DNA of 36,330 bases. It comes from an uncultured Candidatus Saccharibacteria bacterium (GTDB lineage: Bacteria; Patescibacteriota; Minisyncoccia; Phycocordibacterales; UBA9973). The translations under genes and the position numbers were made by a program. Positions 1 through 6,917 of this stretch are shown here, in pieces (positions within the stretch are counted from its first letter, which is position 1; the number at the start of each line of letters is the position of its first letter). The notes beneath the pieces were generated by a model, which was not told the DNA's origin, did no database searches, and was given only the letters and a program-made list of their open reading frames with translations. The DNA lies in contig CAYUDJ010000002.1 in NCBI GenBank assembly GCA_964443635.1, positions 6,565-42,894 of the forward strand, given 5' to 3'.

Positions 1-79
1 TTGGATATGAAAAAGTAGCTGACACCTATCTCAATACTATCTATCGAGATACACGGACTGCTCTTGCTGGCTGGTAACT

Positions 80-1129
80 ATGATTTGCAACGAACTCTAC
101 AACGATCAAGGCCTCGGCAACCAACTCTGGAACTATGCAGTGACCCGCATTCTCGCAAAGAAAAACAATTGCGACTTTTCTATTCTCAAAAAAGAACGAT
201 TCAAGGGAAAGGAGTTTATGAATCTCGACTTTGGTACCCCTCTGGCAGGTGGGCACACTTCGAAAAGAGGATATTTATTCTCGCTTCCACGAGGTGTCCA
301 GAACTACTACGGTGAAAAACGAGAGCTATTCGGTACTACATTGTCGGACATGACCGATGATATATCGCGTACCGATACTCATCTGCTCAACCTATCACCC
401 TCTACCAAGTTTGATGGCAACTGCCAATCAACAAAGTACCTCGAAGGACATCGAGCAGATATTTTGAAATGGATATCTATTAAAGATGAATATACAACGT
501 ACCAACCTGCCCCAAACGTATGTGTCATCCATCTGCGTTGCGGAGACTTCATGCAGTCCAAGGCATTTTTGCCAATAGCGTATTATAAAAACGCGATTGC
601 ATATATTCAATCCCTTGATCAACAAGTAGTCTTTCAATGCGTTACCGACCAAAAAGCTATGGCGGAAACATTGCTTCCTGGTGTAGAGATTATAGGATCA
701 GCGCTTGCGGCAACTCCAGATGCACACAAGGCCGGACATCACCATGGTGGACCAATCGGTATCGACTTTTCTTTACTCACACACGCACAGTATCTGATCA
801 TTCCCAACTCAAGCTTTTCATGGTGGGCGGCGTATTTGAATACTGATAAGAAAATAGTTGTGGCTCCAAAGTACTGGGGGCGATTCAATATTGCAGATGG
901 CTTTTGGTCACCTTCGGATATCATTACCGATGGGTTTACCTACATGAACAAAGAAGGTACTGCATTTTCTTCATCTGAGTGCTGGATTGAAAAAGATGAT
1001 TTTGAAAAGGGTCACCAAGATATGTTCAATGCAAACAATCCGTTAAACAAGCCCTGGAAAAAGCATCGATTCCTTGCTACTGCATATATTGTATTTCTTA
1101 TCAAAAAGATCCGCGCAAAACTCTTTTAA
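80..1129 (+). CDS. GT11-family glycosyltransferase (alpha-1,2-fucosyltransferase-like), divergent paralog
   Basis: 349-aa ORF with ATG at 80. It has GLGNQLWNYA near the N-terminus (cf. GT11 GGxGNQMFQYA), HLRCGDF (cf. HxRRGDY) and IIPNSSFSWWAAYL (GT11 C-terminal motif). The same three motifs occur in the clearer paralog at 2147-3028. The 3' end overlaps the convergent GT4 gene by 29 nt (1101-1129). Confidence 0.65.
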   Translation: MICNELYNDQGLGNQLWNYAVTRILAKKNNCDFSILKKERFKGKEFMNLDFGTPLAGGHTSKRGYLFSLPRGVQNYYGEKRELFGTTLSDMTDDISRTDTHLLNLSPSTKFDGNCQSTKYLEGHRADILKWISIKDEYTTYQPAPNVCVIHLRCGDFMQSKAFLPIAYYKNAIAYIQSLDQQVVFQCVTDQKAMAETLLPGVEIIGSALAATPDAHKAGHHHGGPIGIDFSLLTHAQYLIIPNSSFSWWAAYLNTDKKIVVAPKYWGRFNIADGFWSPSDIITDGFTYMNKEGTAFSSSECWIEKDDFEKGHQDMFNANNPLNKPWKKHRFLATAYIVFLIKKIRAKLF

Positions 1130-2150
1130 CAAATAGTGCAAATTTTGATACGAGATACATTGGGAGTTTTTTCAGTGGCACGTTAAAACTACTCTTAGAA
1201 TCCGTATTTCTAAATTCTTCCACTACTTTCATAAAATCAGTAACAACAACCTTATTGTCAAAATACGACTTCGCATACTCGATAATTTGAGGACGATACT
1301 GAGCATTGTTTTGTATCTGGAGGCTGATCGCTTCAGCTATAGTTGCAGGATCGGAAATATCATCAGGCAATATAGTAGCAAACGACAGCTTCTCATCCAG
1401 ATTCGCTGCAGCGGATTTTGTAACAACAATAGAAAGTCCCGCAGCCAGTGCCTCTGGCACAACAAGCGGCGCTGCTTCTCCATCAGAGAGGAGGACTAGA
1501 CAGTTGTACTGCGAGAGATTTTTATACACCTCGTCTTTCATCCAGTACCCCAAATGTCGACACCTTCCTTCAACCTTGAAGGATTCATCCTGTATTGGCC
1601 CGACAAAATCCAAATCAACTGTATTTGAAACAATACGCGCAAGCCATGCTTGGCGCTTCCGTGGTTCAATTCTTCCCAGGCATATAGCTCGATCATTTCC
1701 CTGCTGCTTCAGTACAAAATTTTCCACATCGATACCATTGCGCACAACACGTACAAATCCTTTGTAGCCATTATCTACATAGAGCTGCTGTATTTCTGGT
1801 GATAGACAAATAATACCGGGACACTTCATCGTGTCATAAAACACAGAGTGGTATCCAATAGACCATTTCTTTTTATTGGTGACATACCCGGAATGACACA
1901 CCGTACAGAAAGGGACAGTGAGATGTTTTGAAAAAAAGCTAACGTACTCACTATAGTTAAGCTCAACGAAATCAAATCCTCCTGTATTCACCCGCTCCGC
2001 AACTTCACGCAAATTTTTCGTATTAAAAATAACCACCTCATGCCCGAGAGCCTCCAAGTCCCGCTTGTAGTTCCACAAGATCATTTCAATCGCTCCAAAT
2101 TTTTTTGAAGGAATATCATCAAGTCCTCCGGCAATCAATGCTATTTTCAT
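1101..2150 (-). CDS. GT-B fold glycosyltransferase, family 4-like
   Basis: ORF 1101-2162. The preferred start is ATG at 2150 (MKIALIAGG...), which forms an ATGA start/stop overlap with the upstream GT11 stop codon (2147-2149). The C-terminal half has LGRIEPRKR ... SDGEAAPLVVPEALAAGLSIV, an E-x7-E type signature typical of GT4 enzymes. Confidence 0.75.
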   Translation of the reverse strand: MKIALIAGGLDDIPSKKFGAIEMILWNYKRDLEALGHEVVIFNTKNLREVAERVNTGGFDFVELNYSEYVSFFSKHLTVPFCTVCHSGYVTNKKKWSIGYHSVFYDTMKCPGIICLSPEIQQLYVDNGYKGFVRVVRNGIDVENFVLKQQGNDRAICLGRIEPRKRQAWLARIVSNTVDLDFVGPIQDESFKVEGRCRHLGYWMKDEVYKNLSQYNCLVLLSDGEAAPLVVPEALAAGLSIVVTKSAAANLDEKLSFATILPDDISDPATIAEAISLQIQNNAQYRPQIIEYAKSYFDNKVVVTDFMKVVEEFRNTDSKSSFNVPLKKLPMYLVSKFALFVKRVLRGSF

Positions 2151-3028
2151 ATGCGTATCCACTCCTCTGGTATACGATTACTCGTATCTATAGAACTATC
2201 CGGAAACCACTTTTTTGGAGCAATAACGACTTTATGTTCATACTCTCCCAACCATGCAGCCCACCACGCAAAGCTACTATTAGGAATAATGAAATGCCTA
2301 CATGCTCGCATGAGCGCAAGATGCCCTGACGCCCTATCACCTGCATACTCTTCCCCAACAAATGTAACAGGATGAGAGAAAGTCATAGTATCCCGGCACC
2401 ACGCAATATCGTCCGAAAAAACATACAGGTGTTCAATTGAAGTTTTCTCTTGCAAAACCGCAATTGCCTCATCATAGTAATCTTTGAATACTACCTCATG
2501 ATAAGGATTGCCAACATAGTCTCCTCTGCGAACATGCAGACACACCGAGTTTTTACTTTTGATTTCAGTCTCCAATAACTGCACATTGTCTGGTAACGGA
2601 TTTTTAAAACTAAAATCTTTTCTGATCGTATCGGCAATCGACTCAAAATATTTGTGACTCTGCCAATAACCATCGATATACGCATCTGATCCGATCGATA
2701 GTATATTCGGATTGTAGGTAAATCCTTTTTCTCTTCCCTTCCCACCAAACACGAGCCTGCGAATTTTATTGAGATATACCCCGAGTCTACCGCCTCGTAT
2801 TGAGCGATATCGCAATGGTACTTTTGATTGCGGAACTACCTCTGCGTGTATATTGAAAACATCGAGGTCGTAGTCACGAAATGTAAACCGCCCTGGACGA
2901 GGTGTTCTATCAAGGAGGTCCTGTACATCCAATCCTACACTAGTATTATTTTTAATCGCAATAGTACGCCCCAGCGCATACTGAAACATTTGATTCCCCA
3001 TTCCTCCTGAAAGTCGTACGATGATCAT
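2147..3028 (-). CDS. alpha-1,2-fucosyltransferase (GT11 family)
   Basis: The tracked ORF 2147-3043 starts on TTG. ATG at 3028 gives MIIVRLSGGMGNQMFQYALGR, the canonical GT11 N-terminus. HVRRGDY and IIPNSSFAWWAAWL motifs are present. This start lies 1 nt after the TPR gene stop codon (3030-3032). Confidence 0.85.
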   Translation of the reverse strand: MIIVRLSGGMGNQMFQYALGRTIAIKNNTSVGLDVQDLLDRTPRPGRFTFRDYDLDVFNIHAEVVPQSKVPLRYRSIRGGRLGVYLNKIRRLVFGGKGREKGFTYNPNILSIGSDAYIDGYWQSHKYFESIADTIRKDFSFKNPLPDNVQLLETEIKSKNSVCLHVRRGDYVGNPYHEVVFKDYYDEAIAVLQEKTSIEHLYVFSDDIAWCRDTMTFSHPVTFVGEEYAGDRASGHLALMRACRHFIIPNSSFAWWAAWLGEYEHKVVIAPKKWFPDSSIDTSNRIPEEWIRI

Positions 3029-3029
3029 A

Positions 3030-3878
3030 TTAATTTTTCTCAATGTTGATTGGTGGCAACATATTTCGTTTGGTTACATACTCGACTATCTGTTTGTACA
3101 ACTCTCCTTGTTCCCTATCGAGCTCTACCAATCGTGTTGTTACAACAACAAAACGCTGTATATCTTTCTTGAGATAGTACTGTTCAAACAATTTGGTATA
3201 CACATCTTTGGTAATATCAGGTTCGAATAGTACGTTGATGCGTAGCGCATCTTCAAATGCATCAAGCGCATCATTGTATCTATCGAGTTTGAAATATGCC
3301 AGACCAAGATAGTAATGAGAGTCAGCAATCTTTGGATTAGTCTTGAGCAAGTCTTCAAGTAGCCCAAGTCCTTCTTTTATTTTTCCTTGATCAACAAGAC
3401 TGACACCCCATGCATAAGTAATGTCAGGGTTGTGTGGCACAAGCGCGAGTGCTTGCTGATAATACTTATTTGATAGTTCGTATTCTGATGACGAGGACGT
3501 CAGCTCAGCATGGAGGTTGTATCCTTTTGCCATTGTCAGGAGATATTTGGGATGGGTTGCATCACGATCAACGACTTCACGCATTTTTTCATTCGCAAAT
3601 GGCAGCACGTCCATAGTGAATTGCGATTTATTTTTATATAAATCAAACGTGAATTCGAGTAGCTCATTACGAATCTGCGGCTGTGCGTAGGTGTATGGAT
3701 TAAATATACTTGAAGTATTCAGTACCGCTTCAGTATTTCCTTCTTTCGCTTTTTGGAATGATTGATAGGCATGTCGTATTTGATAGTGCGGGATTATCGT
3801 CCAAGCGACAAATGATACCGCAAGGAAAAGCATTGTGACACCGAGTACTATACTGATGATTGTATTGTTATTTTTCAT
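3030..3878 (-). CDS. membrane-anchored TPR-repeat protein
   Basis: 282 aa. An N-terminal hydrophobic helix (IISIVLGVTMLFLAVSFVAWTII) is followed by TPR-like repeats (YYQQALALVPHNPDITYAWGVSL; ADSHYYLGLAYFKLDRYNDALDAFEDALRIN). The ATG at 3878 overlaps the upstream gene end by 11 nt. Confidence 0.7.
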   Translation of the reverse strand: MKNNNTIISIVLGVTMLFLAVSFVAWTIIPHYQIRHAYQSFQKAKEGNTEAVLNTSSIFNPYTYAQPQIRNELLEFTFDLYKNKSQFTMDVLPFANEKMREVVDRDATHPKYLLTMAKGYNLHAELTSSSSEYELSNKYYQQALALVPHNPDITYAWGVSLVDQGKIKEGLGLLEDLLKTNPKIADSHYYLGLAYFKLDRYNDALDAFEDALRINVLFEPDITKDVYTKLFEQYYLKKDIQRFVVVTTRLVELDREQGELYKQIVEYVTKRNMLPPINIEKN

Positions 3879-5145
3879 ATGAGGTCGTCGCTACAAATGC
3901 GAGAAGCGCGTAGAAAGAAAAGAGTGTCACCGGCATATCAAAGGCAACAAGATTGTGCAAAAAATAACTGATACCAATGAATAGGAGTGCAAATGCAATG
4001 CGTGGATCTGTCGGAATCATTCGCACACTTGCTCGCAAAAAAGTAACCCATACCCACAGGTATGCAGCAAGCCCAACGATACCGGTCATGATGAGTACAT
4101 CGATGAGTTTATTGTGTGCACGATCCGCATACGACTGATCAAACAAATACACTTTTGGGTCATACTGAGCATTCCAGAAAAATGCATAGTTGTCCCATCC
4201 CCACCCGACAGTCTTGCGCAGTGCGCTACTCTCAACAAATCCTTTTTTAGAAATCTCAAGAAAGAGCAATCGCGACTTGATCGTCGAAGTATCAGTACCG
4301 ATTTGCGCGACACGATCAAGTCCTGGAATATGGGTCCAAAATGATGCCCTACTGGTTACACTAAACAATAGCGCAAAGCCAATCACTGCACCCGCAACAA
4401 TGAGTCCAACCTTTCGAAATGAGAACTTGCCGATTGTCACACCTTTGCCATATACCGCCGCAATAGCTGCACAAATAACAGCTGAGATAACCATCGCAAG
4501 AAGCGTCCCTCTTGTTTTTGTAAGGAGGATACCAAACACACTCGCAATGATTGCTGCACCACCGAGCACTGCGAGCCAGCTTTCTTTTTTTTCTCGGATA
4601 CGCACCACATAGATACCAGCAAATAGTGTAAATACATACCACCCCGCAAGAAATATAGGATTTGCCATCAGAGCGCTCGGGCGAGTATTGAGTGCGGTAA
4701 TTTGCGTACACTGCACAATGACCATGATGATGCTGGCAAGCGCGCTCACGATTAACGCAGCGCGCCATTCTCGTTTGCCAAAGAAAACAGTCAGTGCAAT
4801 AAACAACACATAGAGTGAAAAGAAGGTCACAAATCCCTCACCTCTTGAGAGCTCCCCAAAAAATGCGATAAACCGATCTTGTGCGAACAATGTGCTTATC
4901 GCAATGGTTAGCATGCTCGCCGTCACCGCGAGCACTATCGGTGAGCGCAGCTTTTGTCGTACGGTGCTGAGAAATAACTCTTTGTCTTTTCCTACACTTA
5001 TCAAAAATGCGAGCAGTACCACAATAAATGCAACGCCTCGGTATGCGATTACCTTCCCTTCGATATCAGGGTAAAAAGCAATCGATATACTGACGAGTGG
5101 TACGGCGGCAAGGAGAATGAGGAGCCAAGTAGCTGCTTTTTTCAT
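3868..5145 (-). CDS. O-antigen ligase family (Wzy_C; WaaL/PglL-like) polytopic membrane protein
   Basis: ORF 3868-5268. I prefer ATG at 5145 (MKKAATWLLILLAAVPL...) because the longer version runs over a terminator hairpin at 5171-5197. The protein has many hydrophobic segments and the family-type signature ADRAHNKLIDVLIMTGIVGLAAYLW (AHN..L.....G..G). Confidence 0.75.
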   Translation of the reverse strand: MKKAATWLLILLAAVPLVSISIAFYPDIEGKVIAYRGVAFIVVLLAFLISVGKDKELFLSTVRQKLRSPIVLAVTASMLTIAISTLFAQDRFIAFFGELSRGEGFVTFFSLYVLFIALTVFFGKREWRAALIVSALASIIMVIVQCTQITALNTRPSALMANPIFLAGWYVFTLFAGIYVVRIREKKESWLAVLGGAAIIASVFGILLTKTRGTLLAMVISAVICAAIAAVYGKGVTIGKFSFRKVGLIVAGAVIGFALLFSVTSRASFWTHIPGLDRVAQIGTDTSTIKSRLLFLEISKKGFVESSALRKTVGWGWDNYAFFWNAQYDPKVYLFDQSYADRAHNKLIDVLIMTGIVGLAAYLWVWVTFLRASVRMIPTDPRIAFALLFIGISYFLHNLVAFDMPVTLFSFYALLAFVATTSYEK

Positions 5146-5170
5146 ATATTCCACTACTATATCACAATAC

Positions 5171-5197
5171 AAAAACCGCCCATAGAGAGCGGTTTTT
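5171..5197 (-). terminator. rho-independent terminator-like hairpin after the 5222-5728 gene
   Basis: aaaaaccgc-ccatagaga-gcggttttt: a GC-core stem flanked by an A-run and a T-run, 25 nt downstream of the stop at 5222. Confidence 0.7.
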
Positions 5198-5221
5198 GCG
5201 ACAGTTATTACTATAGTTCTT

Positions 5222-5728
5222 TTATTTCGCTGTAACGATAACAGTAGTCGTGCCTGTTTTAGGGTCACACGTTCGAGAGATTACTCCATCATTTGGGAGC
5301 GAAGCGGTACGGTATCCCTGCGCACCAATCTGATACGTTGTTCCGGCAAACACCACAGTGTGAGCCTTGGTCGCATCATTATCAAGCATCACCTTTTCAC
5401 CCTTTTTGAGCGCAAGTGTCTCTGTTACCTTTTCAGAAACACACTGGTCAGTGATTCGGATGATTCGGTCTTGATAGAGATCAAGCGCTTCTTTTCGTGA
5501 AAGAGTTGTTGGTGTTGTAGTAGTCGTAGTTGTTGTCTTCGTACCAGTTATACCTGATGTTGTTTTTGTTCCATCAGTGCTCGTCTCAGTAGGAGCAGTG
5601 TTTGGTGTTGCATCCTTTGATTTCTTTGGTGAAGCAAATGCAATGATTACAATAACGATAATAATAACTATAACAGTAATAATAGTTCCACGGTTGTTTT
5701 TGTTTGGTGCTTGGTTATTTGTTTCCAT
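5222..5728 (-). CDS. membrane-anchored exported protein with poly-Thr linker (unknown function)
   Basis: 168 aa with ATG at 5728. It has an N-terminal Ile/Val-rich TM helix (TIITVIVIIIVIVIIAF), then a Thr/Pro/Ser-rich linker with a T10 run (GTKTTTTTTTTTTPTT) and a ~90-aa C-terminal domain with two Cys. It is flanked by terminators on both sides. Confidence 0.6.
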   Translation of the reverse strand: METNNQAPNKNNRGTIITVIVIIIVIVIIAFASPKKSKDATPNTAPTETSTDGTKTTSGITGTKTTTTTTTTPTTLSRKEALDLYQDRIIRITDQCVSEKVTETLALKKGEKVMLDNDATKAHTVVFAGTTYQIGAQGYRTASLPNDGVISRTCDPKTGTTTVIVTAK

Positions 5729-5780
5729 ACGTTAAGTGTATGCTTCCTGCCAGGCATTGCAAGGTGTTATCCCCTATATA

Positions 5781-5808
5781 AAAAACCAACCTTTTTAGGG
5801 GTTGGTTG
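5781..5808 (-). terminator. rho-independent terminator-like hairpin after the 5822-6784 gene
   Basis: Minus-strand reading: caaccaacc-cctaaaaa-ggttggtt followed by tttttt. It starts 14 nt after the stop at 5822. Confidence 0.7.
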
Positions 5809-5821
5809 TGATAGGTACACA

Positions 5822-6784
5822 TCATTTATTAAATTTTTCGAAATAATACTGACCTATCCCTGAAGAATAAAAATCATTTGACCAATTTAGAAGATATTGT
5901 GCCGGTGTTGTAATGGTATACAAGAGTGCACCCGTAGGAGAAAATTTCTTTAATTGTATATTTCCTGGAACTGATAATCCATAGTAATTTCCATTTGTAT
6001 CAACAAGAAATGATCGGGAAAAATCACCAACTGACCCAACTGTAGCTGAGGAAATATAAGTGAACACTGTTCCTGACATAGAATATTTCGCAATAACATT
6101 GTCATTAGGAGAATTCCCTGCATTGTAACTGAAGAAAAAATCCTTACCGTCAGAGGTCATGATTATCTCATTATTAGTATTACTAAGCGCAAGCCCAGAA
6201 AAAGAAATACGTGTACCCCCAGCATTAATATTGTTTTTGTCATACCGATAGATGCGATTTTCTGCAGTCACCCCATATATCATTCCAATATATAGATAAC
6301 CCCCAAGAAAAACCGCTCCTCCTTGGGCATTAAAATCAGATAGACTAACTGGCCAATCAAGTTGCAAGTCTCTTTCCTGTATGGGCAATACGCCCGTTTG
6401 AAGGTTTAAGTACTGGCTATGTGTTTGAGGTAAACCAAGTTTATCAATCTGATCTCTATACAGAGCTTTGGGTGGTATACCTGCGCTCAGTGGATTAAAG
6501 ATGTGTTTCCCCCAACCAACAATATCTGGGTGTGTTTGAATTGAATTACCCAGAACCCTGTTAAGAGAATCAACTGACAGCTTGTGTATATTTGAATCCA
6601 CATTGTCCAATGTTAGGACATATGTCGGACTCAGCGAAACATACGGACTACCAAATCTCAGCGTACCGTGAATATGTAGTGTTGCCATAGGCTCATCAAT
6701 ATTGATGCCAATTCTTCCGTCTTGTGCGAACAATTTGTTTGTAAATACAAACAAGATAGATACTGCAAATAAAATCTTTTTCAT
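5822..6784 (-). CDS. secreted protein, unknown function (AT-rich gene)
   Basis: 320 aa with ATG at 6784. The signal-peptide-like N-terminus is MKKILFAVSILFVFTNKLFA/QD, followed by GRIGINIDEPMATLHIHGTLRFG and a Gly/Asn/Tyr/Ser-rich, apparently beta-rich body. It has its own terminator and lower GC than its neighbours on hand counts. Confidence 0.6.
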   Translation of the reverse strand: MKKILFAVSILFVFTNKLFAQDGRIGINIDEPMATLHIHGTLRFGSPYVSLSPTYVLTLDNVDSNIHKLSVDSLNRVLGNSIQTHPDIVGWGKHIFNPLSAGIPPKALYRDQIDKLGLPQTHSQYLNLQTGVLPIQERDLQLDWPVSLSDFNAQGGAVFLGGYLYIGMIYGVTAENRIYRYDKNNINAGGTRISFSGLALSNTNNEIIMTSDGKDFFFSYNAGNSPNDNVIAKYSMSGTVFTYISSATVGSVGDFSRSFLVDTNGNYYGLSVPGNIQLKKFSPTGALLYTITTPAQYLLNWSNDFYSSGIGQYYFEKFNK

Positions 6785-6864
6785 GATTGTGTTTTTAGGT
6801 TATGAAATTGTGAAGTAGTTTTTACTACTGTATCAAACACAGATAAAGTCTTTCTCAAGAAAAC

Positions 6865-6890
6865 AAAAAACCGCCCGAAGGCGGTTTTTT
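6865..6890 (-). terminator. rho-independent terminator after the 6918-8795 gene
   Basis: aaaaaa-ccgcc-cgaa-ggcgg-tttttt: a perfect 5-bp GC stem with a tetraloop and flanking A/T runs, 28 nt after the stop. Confidence 0.8.
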
Positions 6891-6917
6891 GTTTAAGTAC
6901 TATCTAATCCCTAGAGA

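Noticed and set aside
1-79. Possible 3' end of an upstream plus-strand gene (frame 1 ends at TAG 16-18), and the minus-strand ORF 41-256.
   Set aside because: Five codons are too few to support any call. ORF 41-256 overlaps the GT11 gene start and has no coding signal.
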